A DNA stretch of 64,000 nt from a virus: IMG/VR virus record IMGVR_UViG_3300034685_000230, positions 25,472-89,471 of that record; one strand, 5' to 3'. Within the stretch, counting starts at the first letter, position 1, and every line of letters begins with the position of its first letter. Positions 28,261 through 38,451 of this stretch are shown here, piece by piece. The notes below the pieces were generated by a model. It had not been told where the DNA came from and did no database searches. It saw nothing but the letters and a program-made list of their open reading frames with translations. Both the position numbers and the translations under genes were made by a program.

Positions 28261-29859
28261 CTATTCAATACTCAAGTCCGGCCTGAACACCGTATAGTCT
28301 ATCTCGTCAACCAGCTCGCTTACGTAATTTAGGTCAAAAAAGCGAGCGCTGTCAAACTTAGACACGCTCCTGACCCACTTGTTGTACAGCAGCAGCTCGT
28401 GTAGGTACTCTCCGGCACAGCTTGACTCAACGCCGAACTCCGCGTTCAACACCGGTAGTAGTTCACGCAGGTAAATGCTTCCAGTTCTAAAGTACTCGCT
28501 AGTCACTAACTCAGCGGTGCGAAGGTTTCTCTCTAAGTCCCACTCGGGTAAGTAAGACATCACTAAAAGCTTTCTGTACTGGTCATGAAACTGCTGGCCG
28601 TAGCGCTCCAGTACGTAGGCTAAGTTGGCTTTTATTTTCGCGTCAGCCTCAGTAACTAGCCTGTTATAGTAACCTAAATCACTTTTTGGAAAGGCGTACT
28701 TACTGCACAGCGCTACCTCGTCCTCTACAAACCTTCCCAGTATTAGAGCCTGGTAGTCTACGCCGACCCTTATCTCAACGTCCTCTAACTCAGAGTCTAC
28801 CAACCGGTTAAACTCACTCTCTAAGTCCGTGTAGCAATCCTCAACGGGAGACTCCCTCAGCCACGTAGCGATACCGACCTCGTGCTGACCAAACCTACCG
28901 GCTCTACCGGTGAGTTGGTGAAACTCCGAGGGTCTTAGGTACCCGATACCAGGTTTGTAGACTTGCGCTATCACCGCGTACTTTGCCGGTAAGTTTACCC
29001 CCAGCGCTAGGGAGTCCGTACCGATAACGGTGTCGACAAAGCCGTTTCTGTACAAGTACTCGATAAACATTTTTTCCTTAGGCAGTAGCTTACCGTGGTA
29101 CTTTGAAACACCGATCTCCCACTCTGGGAAAAAGTTAACACGGTACTCCGACGCTAAGTCGGATATCTTTCTTATCTTCTTGTCGGAAATTCTTTTCCTA
29201 CACCCGTAAAGCTCGTTAATCAGAGTTCTAATAGCCTTACGCGAAAAGCAAAAGACTAAGGCGTCCCTAACCTTACTCAGCTTAACGCCCCTTCGGTTGA
29301 CCTCCAGCGGTACTAGCCTCTCCTTCGAAGTTGCTAGGCAAAACTTCCTGTCGGTTAGACCCTCAACGTACTTCTTAATCTCCGCCGGCTTGCTGCACGT
29401 AGCTGACATTAAGAGCATGTCGGTCTTTCTACTGGTGTTTGTGATGGACTCAGTGTAGCAGCGGGCCCTGTCCTCGTTGTTGAATATGTAGTGAAACTCG
29501 TCAATGACTACGTACGACGGGACCTTGTAGTAGTGCTGGTAGTAGATTTCCTGCGTCATGCAGAGAACCTTAGCCCTTGGGTTCCACTTAACGTCACCGG
29601 TGATTAACCCAACGTCCAACCCTTCCTTCTTCAACTCTCTGTACCGTTCGTTAGACAGAGCCTTGATCGGTGCGGTAAAGATTATCTTTCGAAAGTCATC
29701 GCTCAGAATGTTCGCCCAGGTATACGCGATCAATGTCTTGCCCGAATTCGTGGGCATCACCACGAGGGCGTTCTTATTCTTTACTCGGTCAATGATTCTT
29801 CTCTGAAACTCGGTGGGCTTAAGCTCGTTGCCGATTAGGTTTTTCATAGAAGACCGCAC
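28261..29859 (-). CDS. Ski2-like SF2 DExH helicase
   Basis: PTNSGKT, PIKALSN, DEFH, MSAT, GVNLPA, QLTGRAGR. Confidence 0.9.
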   Translation of the reverse strand: MRSSMKNLIGNELKPTEFQRRIIDRVKNKNALVVMPTNSGKTLIAYTWANILSDDFRKIIFTAPIKALSNERYRELKKEGLDVGLITGDVKWNPRAKVLCMTQEIYYQHYYKVPSYVVIDEFHYIFNNEDRARCYTESITNTSRKTDMLLMSATCSKPAEIKKYVEGLTDRKFCLATSKERLVPLEVNRRGVKLSKVRDALVFCFSRKAIRTLINELYGCRKRISDKKIRKISDLASEYRVNFFPEWEIGVSKYHGKLLPKEKMFIEYLYRNGFVDTVIGTDSLALGVNLPAKYAVIAQVYKPGIGYLRPSEFHQLTGRAGRFGQHEVGIATWLRESPVEDCYTDLESEFNRLVDSELEDVEIRVGVDYQALILGRFVEDEVALCSKYAFPKSDLGYYNRLVTEADAKIKANLAYVLERYGQQFHDQYRKLLVMSYLPEWDLERNLRTAELVTSEYFRTGSIYLRELLPVLNAEFGVESSCAGEYLHELLLYNKWVRSVSKFDSARFFDLNYVSELVDEIDYTVFRPDLSIE

Positions 29860-29902
29860 TTTCTAAGTTGGTTTGCTTTATATTGACTAACTGTAAGTTA
29901 AC

Positions 29903-31702
29903 CTAACTCACGGACTCAACTCGAGACGTTTTGTCTTTCTTTACCACTAGAATGTGCTTAACGTTTGTAGCGCTGTCTATATCCTCGATAGGTAGCGGGA
30001 TGTGTGATATTACGAAAAGGTCTACCCGGTGCCTCCTCTGCACGTCGAGCAGGGCCTCGGTCACAGCCTTTATACCTGGGTAGTCTAGGGAGTCAAACAC
30101 CTCGTCCAGTATAAGAAACTTAGGCATGTTCGGGTTTAAGTGGGCGGTAAACTCATACAGGGAGAGCATCATAGCGATGTCAATCCTCTTTCTCTCCCCC
30201 GAACTCATCTGCCAGTAATTAGTCTCAAAGTTGTCCTTGTACAGAAGAATGTCTATCTGCCCGTCGTCGTCTATCTCAATCTTACTGAGGATCTCGTTGT
30301 TGTAGAGCTTTGAAATGTAGTAGTCAAAGATGTCACTCAGTATGTTGATGTACTTTCTAATGATAGCGCTGCGGAGTAGGGACTTGGGCGCGAAGAGGTT
30401 GTACCAGTAGTCTAGGTTCTGCTTCCAGTTGCTTCGAATACCGATAGCCCTACCGATAGCCTCTAGCTTTTTCTCGTACTTATTCTTGTCGACACCGCTG
30501 TCGCTACTACTCTCTAGCTCTTCAATCTCCTTCCTTACCTTTTTAATCTCTGCCTGAACGTTATTTACACTCTGTTCGTTTAGAACCTTGTCGTTGTTAA
30601 TCTTATTCAGCTGTTCCCTCAACTCACTCTTACTCTTAGCTACCTCAGTCTTTTTCTTACTAACGCTTTCTACTTCTTTCAAAATTTCTTCTAGCTTGAC
30701 TGAAAGCTTACTCAACTCATCCTTGTACTGCTCGCTTATCCTTTCAGTGTGGTTCCTGGGTACGTACTGCTTGCACGTCGGGCACTCGATGTCAACTAGC
30801 GAGTCTATCTTCTTTAATTCCTTCTCAAGCTTGTCCATACTCTTTCTTACGTAGCTAGCGTTGCTCTGGCAGTCTAGCAAGCGCTTGTCTAGATCCTCTA
30901 TCTCTTTGTCAAGAGTCTTTATACTTGTCTCTAGCCACTCGGTGTCTTCAAACTCTACGCACTTTAGGTCGTCTAACTTACTAGTTAACTCTAGCAGTCT
31001 AGACTCTAAGTAACTCTTGTACTTACCCTTGTTTTCATCCACTATGTTTATAATCTCTTCGATATTCTTATAGCTGTAGGTTAACCTGTCTAGATACTTT
31101 TCGTTTAAGTTTTTAAAGTCCTTAACCTTGTTGTAGTAGTCGTCTATTATGTTTAGATCTATTATGTTCTTAAAAAAGTCTAAACGCTGCCCGTAGTTCA
31201 TAGACAAGAGGTTAACGTTGTCCCTGTAATACACTATGACCTGGGAAAACACCTCGGGTAAAATGTTCACAAACAGCTTGATGTCCTTGTCGGACAGCCT
31301 CTTCGTCCTCTTTGTCTTTTCCTCACCGTCGATTAAGACACTCACGGAGCTAGACCCGTCGTACTGCTTGATCCTAGTTATGACAAGGTTCTTCGGACCG
31401 TCGTCCGTATTGATTAAGTACTCTACCTCGTTAAACATGTCCTGCGCACCGTACTTAACCATGTCGTTAAGCCGTACCTTCTGCTTTGTCCCCCTCAAGC
31501 CCTTACCGTATATGTTGTAGGTTACGGACTCGCCTATGAGGGCGGACTTACCGCTGCCGTTGCTAGCATCCTCACTGTCGCTGTCGTAGTTAACACCGCT
31601 AATGATATACAGGACCGGGTCGTCGCTGACACTCCGCACTAAGTCTAAGTCAACACTACTAAACGACAGAAAGTTTCTAAGCCTTATACTCTTAATGCGC
31701 AT
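29903..31702 (-). CDS. Rad50/SbcC (gp46-like) ATPase
   Basis: NGSGKS, central CPTC hook in a coiled coil, MSSGE, LDEVFD, ISH. Confidence 0.92.
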   Translation of the reverse strand: MRIKSIRLRNFLSFSSVDLDLVRSVSDDPVLYIISGVNYDSDSEDASNGSGKSALIGESVTYNIYGKGLRGTKQKVRLNDMVKYGAQDMFNEVEYLINTDDGPKNLVITRIKQYDGSSSVSVLIDGEEKTKRTKRLSDKDIKLFVNILPEVFSQVIVYYRDNVNLLSMNYGQRLDFFKNIIDLNIIDDYYNKVKDFKNLNEKYLDRLTYSYKNIEEIINIVDENKGKYKSYLESRLLELTSKLDDLKCVEFEDTEWLETSIKTLDKEIEDLDKRLLDCQSNASYVRKSMDKLEKELKKIDSLVDIECPTCKQYVPRNHTERISEQYKDELSKLSVKLEEILKEVESVSKKKTEVAKSKSELREQLNKINNDKVLNEQSVNNVQAEIKKVRKEIEELESSSDSGVDKNKYEKKLEAIGRAIGIRSNWKQNLDYWYNLFAPKSLLRSAIIRKYINILSDIFDYYISKLYNNEILSKIEIDDDGQIDILLYKDNFETNYWQMSSGERKRIDIAMMLSLYEFTAHLNPNMPKFLILDEVFDSLDYPGIKAVTEALLDVQRRHRVDLFVISHIPLPIEDIDSATNVKHILVVKKDKTSRVESVS

Positions 31703-31712
31703 CGAGTCACCC

Positions 31713-31919
31713 TTACTCTACCGGGGGTACCGGTGGGTTCTCTTTCGAACTCGCCTGCTCCTTAAACGTATGCTCTAGATACCGAGCCCAGCTGTCGATC
31801 GCTATTACTAGTGAGATACCCTCTAGAGTTTGCTTGTTAATCACCCAAACTGCTAGATTAACAAGCTTGATTGCTAGAGACAACCTCAGTTCCGAAAAAA
31901 AATTCTTCACGCTTCTCAC
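31713..31919 (-). CDS. hypothetical protein
   Basis: 68-aa ORF overlapping the upstream stop. Confidence 0.5.
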   Translation of the reverse strand: MRSVKNFFSELRLSLAIKLVNLAVWVINKQTLEGISLVIAIDSWARYLEHTFKEQASSKENPPVPPVE

Positions 31920-33043
31920 CGTCTCTTAACGTACTCAATGATCTTAACCGCATCGTCCCTACCGGTAGGCGGTTTCTTAAACTGAAGGGCGTAGTCAACC
32001 AGCTTGTCGTCAGTCAGCAGGTTGTTGGCTAGGAGTTCCTCAAACTCGCTTATCGCGTTTAGAGACGCTTGGCTAAACTCCTCGGACGCCGTAGACTTAA
32101 CAAACTTAACGGACTTGAAGAACTCCCTTAGCTTTGAAACCTTTCGCATGTCCCTAACGCTACTGTACTTGTACAGTATCTTAGTCCTACTCAGCTTTTC
32201 CAACTCGCTGTTCTTACAGTAGTCCCTTAAGTCTTCAAACTTGCTGTAGACTTTGTATATGTACGTGTGTGGGTTGTCGATATACTTCATTGCTTCAGGC
32301 TTGTCAAAGTCAAGCACGTGTAGCCCCTTAGACTCGCCTGTATTTCGAAAGTCAACGTTTCTACTGGACCCAATGTACACCGCTTTTCTTCCGTCTACCA
32401 CGTACTCAGCAGGGTCATGCACGTGTCCGAGTAGTACTAAGTCATACTTATACTTTCTCACTAACTCTTCGGTAGTTGGAACGTTCGGGAGACTCTCTCT
32501 CCAACCGCCGTACGCGTGCTGCGTTTCGAGTAGGTTAAAGTGCCCCATCAGGATCCTCTTAGTCCCGGCGCTAAACTTTCGGTCGGCCTCGTCTAGATAG
32601 GGGTATACGTCCGTGCTGTACGGGATAAAGGCAACCTCCACCCCGTCCTGAATCTTGACAACTTTTGGGGAGTCAAAGACAACTACGTTTGGGTAGTGGG
32701 CGAACGGGGCGAGTAGGGACGCCCTTACCCTTACGTCTCTGTCACCGACCCTTACCACTGAGACTTTGTTGTCAACGTCGTCGTGGTTTCCGACTATGAG
32801 CAGAACGGTAGTATCCAGCGCTATCTCAGCTATGAGCTTTGAGATAATGCTCATCACGGAGGACGTGATTGAGTTGGGTGAGTTGAATACGTCGCCGAAG
32901 AATATCGTGTAGTCAGGTTTCTCCCTGTAGATACTGCTTCTTATGAGGTCAAACAGCTGAAACACTTCGCGAAACGAGTCGCTGTCGGTGATCGAAGTCT
33001 TAGCGTTGTCAATGTGCATGTCCCCCACCAGAATGGCCCTCAT
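31916..33043 (-). CDS. Mre11/SbcD (gp47-like) nuclease
   Basis: GDMH, GDVF, GNHD, GHVH metallophosphoesterase motifs. Confidence 0.92.
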   Translation of the reverse strand: MRAILVGDMHIDNAKTSITDSDSFREVFQLFDLIRSSIYREKPDYTIFFGDVFNSPNSITSSVMSIISKLIAEIALDTTVLLIVGNHDDVDNKVSVVRVGDRDVRVRASLLAPFAHYPNVVVFDSPKVVKIQDGVEVAFIPYSTDVYPYLDEADRKFSAGTKRILMGHFNLLETQHAYGGWRESLPNVPTTEELVRKYKYDLVLLGHVHDPAEYVVDGRKAVYIGSSRNVDFRNTGESKGLHVLDFDKPEAMKYIDNPHTYIYKVYSKFEDLRDYCKNSELEKLSRTKILYKYSSVRDMRKVSKLREFFKSVKFVKSTASEEFSQASLNAISEFEELLANNLLTDDKLVDYALQFKKPPTGRDDAVKIIEYVKRR

Positions 33044-34155
33044 GACACCACCCTTCGCTTGCTTAATAGTTTTACTGCCTCGTTTATTTTGTGTGAAAAA
33101 TACACTAAAACTGCGGCAGATTTAGCATTTTTTCGCAGTATTTGTGTGTATTCTAAGTCGTTCCCCTTGTACATGTCTAAGTGAAGGAGTTTGTAGAGTT
33201 CTCTTTGGTCGTACTTGAGCTTTCTCTCGAAAGTTTCCCTCTCTATAGTAGAGTTTACCCTGTATACGAACGGGTTTTCTAAGTTTGACAAGTCAATGAC
33301 TGACTGGTTGCTCTGAATCAACCTTTTGTTACCGCTGTCTGACAAGACAGTCTTAAAGTTTTCTAGCAGTCTCTTATCCCTACTACTCAGCCCGTCGGCG
33401 TAGTTGCCTAAGATACTAGAAACACTCTTCTCTAGCTCACCAACGCTGCTAACAGTAGCTTTATCCCCGTACACGCTGTCGATAACGTTAAACACTCTAG
33501 AGACCTTCTTCCATCCCCAATTGTACAGCCCGCTTACACTGTCACTCTTGTCACCGACTATAGACTTCGCTAAGGCGTAGTTACGGTGGCTGAAGCAAGC
33601 GTCAAGCTTGTACTTGCTACACCAGTTGTCGACCGTAACTTCCCCCTTGTACCAGTCAAAAATGGTAGTATCCTCGCCCAGCAGCTGCACAAAGTCTGAG
33701 TCACTCGACGCTACGATAAACCTTGCCTTGTCGTCTAGTCTTCTTAGGTACCTGGTTAAAACGTAAACAATCAGATCCGCTTCCGTATTCTTTACGTCGA
33801 TGAACGGAAACGGCAGAGTGTACACGACTTTCTTAAGGTACTCAACGTAACTCTTTTCTTTCTCCTCGTTGGTTAAACTCTTAAACCTCTTGCTACCACT
33901 CTTATAACCGCTTAGAATCGCCGTAGCTCTCCTGTTGTACCCGTTGTCGGAGCAGATATATATTAAGTTTGGCTTAAGCTCACTTACCAAGTCAGTTATC
34001 CTGTTTATCAAGCTAACAGTTAAACCGGTGACTAACTCCGCCTCGTCTAGACTAGAGATGTCTCGCGAGTACGTGTAGCGCTTTACAAGGTTAAGCCAGT
34101 CGACTATAAGGTACTTCACCCTACTCTCCTTCTTAGAAAACACAAGGGTAGACAC
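33040..34155 (-). CDS. 5'-3' exonuclease / T4 RNase H-like
   Basis: LIVD, YK, EADL, SSDSDFVQL, VGDKSD motifs. Confidence 0.85.
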   Translation of the reverse strand: MSTLVFSKKESRVKYLIVDWLNLVKRYTYSRDISSLDEAELVTGLTVSLINRITDLVSELKPNLIYICSDNGYNRRATAILSGYKSGSKRFKSLTNEEKEKSYVEYLKKVVYTLPFPFIDVKNTEADLIVYVLTRYLRRLDDKARFIVASSDSDFVQLLGEDTTIFDWYKGEVTVDNWCSKYKLDACFSHRNYALAKSIVGDKSDSVSGLYNWGWKKVSRVFNVIDSVYGDKATVSSVGELEKSVSSILGNYADGLSSRDKRLLENFKTVLSDSGNKRLIQSNQSVIDLSNLENPFVYRVNSTIERETFERKLKYDQRELYKLLHLDMYKGNDLEYTQILRKNAKSAAVLVYFSHKINEAVKLLSKRRVVS

Positions 34156-34196
34156 TTCACCTACCCTTATGTTTCCTGAAACTTGTGTCAGCTAAA

Positions 34197-34976
34197 CTAG
34201 TCTCTTCTAGCCGTTACCGCTAGGGTAACTACGGACTTGTCATCCTTTAGTGTAACTCCGATCAGTAGGTCACTCACCAGCATGCTTAAGCTACTGTCGC
34301 TCCTACACTTTGTAATCTTGTTTAAAACTTTAACTAAGTTAGTGTCATACTTACCGCTAAAGCCGGGGTCAACTTCTACGTCAAACGTGTACTGAAACTC
34401 ATTACCCAAGACATCCTTACCCAGCGCCGTAAGCTTACCGCTCTTTTCCCTAAACTCTAGAGCGTCTAAGTCTGACAAGACTGACACCATGTCGACTAGT
34501 TCCTTTAACTGCGGCAGTTCTGGGCTAAAGACCGTAAACTTTGAGTCCCTGATGTCGTTCTCACTCTTAGCTAACTCGTACAGCTCTTCACCGGTGTGTG
34601 GAAACTCAAACACGTCACCCTCGCTTATCATGAGTAGCGCCATGTCTAGCTTCTTACTCGGCCCCTTGGCGGAAATTTTATTCTTTGTTACCGTTAGCTC
34701 CTCAAAACCGGAGTTCAGCACGCTGTTGATCAGAGCTTTGTTGAGCGGTAGCCTTACCACTAAGCCGGAGTTGTCCTCAATATCTTCGAAATCACTGACT
34801 ACTACCTTTCCGGAAAACACCGTGTCGCCGTTAATGTCGATAGTCTCGATAGCTACCGCGCTCTCCCCATCCTTCTTGACAAACTTTACCGGTACACTTG
34901 AAAAGGTATCTGGACACAGCGCTAGTAAGTATTTTAGGCTCTCAACATCACTGGGTTTAAGTACTACTTTACTCAT
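34197..34976 (-). CDS. probable sliding clamp (gp45/PCNA-like)
   Basis: 259-aa acidic beta-rich protein near the clamp loader; no strong motif. Confidence 0.55.
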   Translation of the reverse strand: MSKVVLKPSDVESLKYLLALCPDTFSSVPVKFVKKDGESAVAIETIDINGDTVFSGKVVVSDFEDIEDNSGLVVRLPLNKALINSVLNSGFEELTVTKNKISAKGPSKKLDMALLMISEGDVFEFPHTGEELYELAKSENDIRDSKFTVFSPELPQLKELVDMVSVLSDLDALEFREKSGKLTALGKDVLGNEFQYTFDVEVDPGFSGKYDTNLVKVLNKITKCRSDSSLSMLVSDLLIGVTLKDDKSVVTLAVTARRD

Positions 34977-35059
34977 CGCAAAACCTTCCTTTCACTGTTA
35001 GTTGTCAGTTTACAAACTTCTGTTAATTCCCTACTAACTTCCTGCCTACTCTTCCGCAC

Positions 35060-36133
35060 TCAAACAACGTCAAACATTGCGTTAAAAAACACGTTGTTGT
35101 ACAGCTCGCACACGTCACTCTCTACGTTAAACTTTGACGCTAAGTAGACAAACGCCTGCGCTATCTCTAAGTAAGCTGGTATAACGTGACTGTGCATTGT
35201 AACCTCCGCGTTACAGTCTGTATTAAGTAACTTATACACAGAGTTAATTAACGCTACTATTTCTCGGCGTGACTCTGTGTATACACTAGTAAAAAACGTA
35301 GCGATACCGTCGCTGACAGCCTGCGCGTTCTCAACTAACTCAGCGTGGTCCTTCAGCAACAGCCGTTTCCAACTAACACCGTTGCTAAGCAAGTTGTCGA
35401 TTAAACCGTAGTCTCTCTCGTAGAAGTGCGCGCTCCCGATGTGTACCAGCATGTCGCTGTACTGCGCACCCAGCACCCTAGCCAGAAGCTGCCCTACTAT
35501 GTCCCACCAGGGAATGTCAAAGGTTAAGCCCTTAACCGCGTCCGAAGACCTGATGTGTACTAAGTTGTACAGCCTTCCGTCCCTTATCAAAAAGTGCTGG
35601 GTTTGGGTGCACGTAAAATCCCTAACACCGTCTTCGTATATGTTCGGCAGGGTGTACTGGATGATAGCTTGCCTGCTGTGTGGGTCCCGGTTAAGCGTTC
35701 TAACAACGTACGAGAACGGGCTGTCTGGATATGACCTTAACAGGTTGTACTTGTATATCGGAATCTCAGTCACGGGCTTGTAGAAAACGTGGTAACCGTA
35801 GTTTGAGTTGACCTTGTTTTCGTGTAGCTTGACTTCGTGCGGTGGGTAGCGGCGCTCACTTTTAGGGTTTCTTAGACTATCCCACATTCTCCCGAAGCGC
35901 GCGATGTAGTCCGGCTGTAGGTAGCCGGACATGTACCACATAAACTCCGCGCGTAGGTACCTTCCCTCGGGAGTAGTGCTGTCGGCGGTGTTTCGAAACT
36001 TGGAGTTGACTATAGTCTCACTGTTCGTCACCCTTAAGTCCTTAAACAAAAGTTCGGTTACTTCCTGCCCTCTCGGGCTAGACTTAAACCCACTAGTCTT
36101 AATGTCGCTAACTAAGTCTACATACGTGTTCAC
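35060..36133 (-). CDS. thymidylate-synthase-fold enzyme resembling dCMP hydroxymethylase (T4 gp42-like)
   Basis: NSNYG, SRQA, DFTCT..HFLIRD, RSSD..GLTFD (Asp at the base-specificity position), SAHFYE. Confidence 0.75.
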   Translation of the reverse strand: MNTYVDLVSDIKTSGFKSSPRGQEVTELLFKDLRVTNSETIVNSKFRNTADSTTPEGRYLRAEFMWYMSGYLQPDYIARFGRMWDSLRNPKSERRYPPHEVKLHENKVNSNYGYHVFYKPVTEIPIYKYNLLRSYPDSPFSYVVRTLNRDPHSRQAIIQYTLPNIYEDGVRDFTCTQTQHFLIRDGRLYNLVHIRSSDAVKGLTFDIPWWDIVGQLLARVLGAQYSDMLVHIGSAHFYERDYGLIDNLLSNGVSWKRLLLKDHAELVENAQAVSDGIATFFTSVYTESRREIVALINSVYKLLNTDCNAEVTMHSHVIPAYLEIAQAFVYLASKFNVESDVCELYNNVFFNAMFDVV

Positions 36134-36151
36134 CGGAATACCTCCCTTCTA

Positions 36152-37126
36152 CTACCCGTTACTCTCGCTGATTAACTCCTTTAGTGTAACAACGCAGCTT
36201 AGAAACACGAGGTCCCTGTCGACCACGACTCTAGACTTGTAGGCGTGGTCGGCTATGACGATGATAGCGTCGGGTATGTCGTAGTTCTCGACAAAGTAGT
36301 CCTTCAGCGACGTGTATATGTTTTCGTCAAAAATGATCCTCTTAGTTAACTTTGCTATGTCCTTAATACTACTAGCTTTGGTAAATATTTGGTCAAAGAG
36401 CTTGCGGTAAGACTCTAGAATACCGTCCCTCAGTACGGCTTCGCTTAGCTTCCCGTGTATAGTGTGTAGTTTCTGCGACTCGTTGATAATCTTTCGCAAG
36501 TCAGAGTTGTACTTCTTAATCACGCTTACAACGTACTCCTCGGTGTAGCTAACTCCCTCGCTGTCGAGTATCTCAACCAACCGCTTGGCGGCGTCGACCG
36601 GTTCAACGTGGGTTTCAAACTCTACACACCGGCTTCGAATCGCGTCGCTAATCCTGTTAACGGCGTTGCACGTGAGTATAAACCTGCAGTACTTGCTGGA
36701 AGTCTCCATCAGCTCTCGCAGCGAGTCCTGAGCCGTGTAGTTCAAGCCGTCCGCCTCGTTTAAGACAACAACCTTAAGGGTGTTTCCCCAAGCGGACGAC
36801 GTAGCAAAGGCCATCACCTTGTCGCGGATAGTGTCGATACCGCGCTCCTCAGACGCGTTAATGACTAACTTAGAGCACTTAACGTTGCTTAGGATAACGC
36901 TGACAATCGAGTTCTTACCCGTCCCCGGCTTACCGTAGAGCAGTAGGTTGGGGATGTCTTGCTTTCTAATCGACTCGGTTAGAAACTTCTTAACGTCGCT
37001 GCTAGCAGCCAGTTCCTCAACCTTAGTCGGCCGGTACTTCTCGGTCCACAGCGAATGAACCCTCTCCACTAAGGCACGAACACCCTCACCGATACTTTTG
37101 TCACTCAATCCTACATCCTCCAACAC
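36152..37126 (-). CDS. clamp loader AAA+ subunit (RFC small/gp44-like)
   Basis: WTEKYRP, GKPGTGK, NASEERGID, AIRSRC. Confidence 0.92.
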   Translation of the reverse strand: MLEDVGLSDKSIGEGVRALVERVHSLWTEKYRPTKVEELAASSDVKKFLTESIRKQDIPNLLLYGKPGTGKNSIVSVILSNVKCSKLVINASEERGIDTIRDKVMAFATSSAWGNTLKVVVLNEADGLNYTAQDSLRELMETSSKYCRFILTCNAVNRISDAIRSRCVEFETHVEPVDAAKRLVEILDSEGVSYTEEYVVSVIKKYNSDLRKIINESQKLHTIHGKLSEAVLRDGILESYRKLFDQIFTKASSIKDIAKLTKRIIFDENIYTSLKDYFVENYDIPDAIIVIADHAYKSRVVVDRDLVFLSCVVTLKELISESNG

Positions 37127-37361
37127 TGTAATTAGCTACCGCTTTGTAGAAGCTTGACTAGTTAGTTGTATTATAACTCGCTTCGGTGATGTTGTACATA
37201 GCTTTGCTTCAAAGAATAGCAACCACTGCTATGTTAGCTAAATACACTCTAACTATAGAGATACTTTTATGGTGAAAAAAACGCTGTATTTGTAACTATT
37301 TAATATATATTACTCTAGAGCAATATTATTTTTAAAAACTACGCTAGTTATAATTATTTAT

Positions 37362-37430
37362 TGGCTCAAAAACATCTAGATGTTTTTGAGCCAGTCAAAG
37401 AATTGCTAGCATGCTAGCAATTCTTTGACT
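37362..37430. repeat. abutting perfect palindromes (32 bp + 38 bp)
   Basis: tggctcaaaaacatct|agatgtttttgagcca and agtcaaagaattgctagca|tgctagcaattctttgact. Confidence 0.95.
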
Positions 37431-37555
37431 CTAACTGTTAGCAACAATTACTACGTAGCAGTGCTGATTGATTTAATTAACAGTACTGTTTATTATATTT
37501 TTTATTAGCAATGCTATAACTAAATATCTTAGCTATAGTTTTTAATATCAATCAG

Positions 37556-37610
37556 TGTAACATAAACATGTTTATGTTACAATCGAAGAATTGCTAAGCA
37601 ATTCTTCGAT
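37556..37610. repeat. second pair of abutting palindromes (26 bp + 29 bp)
   Basis: tgtaacataaaca|tgtttatgttaca and atcgaagaattgct-a-agcaattcttcgat. Confidence 0.95.
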
Positions 37611-38289
37611 ACAACTACAAGTATTTACACTGTATAGTTAACATGTTATCTAAGTTCTAGAATCAATAAATTACCAGTTCTTTATATTGCAATGATTAGT
37701 AATATTTTTAATATTTATTTATAAATATTTTTATTATTATTTATACATAGCTAAGCTAGAGTGCTAAACGCCTACAGTTAAACTAAGCACTAAGGCACTA
37801 AACAACATCTACTAACACATGCTACTAGTGTATTAGCCTTTATTATAATTACGCTACTTTTCGAATCTAGATTCTAGCTGTACTACTCCGCGGAGCGCTC
37901 CGCTGCTCGAGCTTAGTTAACTAAACACTGTACGTTAAAAATTTAAAAACATGTTTGAATTCTTCTAACTACTCACCGCCTTACTTAAATAAAGGCTTTC
38001 TACACTTACACTGTATGTAGAGTACTCTCACTGTCTAATTATAACTTACTACATCTCTAAGAAAAACGGCTAGTTTTCAAAAAGCCCTGCATAAATAGCA
38101 CCCGTTGCTACTAATTTTTTTGAGAATTGGAGTCGTCTTGGTGTGTGCAGGGTTTTACTAGTGTCGATAGTTAACTTACTGTAGTTTTAAGAAAGTAATT
38201 GGCTTTCGAAGAAGTACTGTATAAATAGCACTAGTTGCTATAAATGCATTTTAAAAAAACAACATTAAAAACCGTGTGTTAGCTAGCAG

Positions 38290-38418
38290 TTGTACTTTTC
38301 CTACTGCGTGTGATATAATCTCCGTAGAGAGAGTGAATTCGCTTAAAACTAACCGGCAGTAGAGTTTTACACCGTGCTCAAGACTACTGTTTACATTTAA
38401 CGACTACTGTGGTATAAT
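38290..38418 (+). promoter_or_regulatory. two tandem early-type promoters upstream of the sigma-like gene
   Basis: TTGTAC-18-TATAAT (38290-38319) and GTTTAC-18-TATAAT (38389-38418), both with TG. Confidence 0.65.
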
Positions 38419-38451
38419 AAAACAAACGCGTTAGAAAAACGGGGTGACAGT

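Larger units (their letters stand above)
37130..38440. other. AT-rich non-coding region at the strand switch; candidate replication origin
   Basis: No ORF for about 1.3 kb; tandem palindromes, a 130-bp-period repeat and recurrent TAGCA-N5-TGCTA. Confidence 0.55.

Noticed and set aside
35060-36133. Ordinary thyA
   Set aside because: Lacks the PFN Asn and LxPC motifs; closer to the dCMP-modifying pattern.
37362-37430. Protelomerase (telRL) site
   Set aside because: Palindromes are multiple and paired, and no protelomerase gene is visible in the window; not supportable.
37130-38440. CRISPR array or tRNA cluster in the long non-coding region
   Set aside because: No regularly spaced direct repeats with unique spacers, and no cloverleaf or T-loop signature seen.
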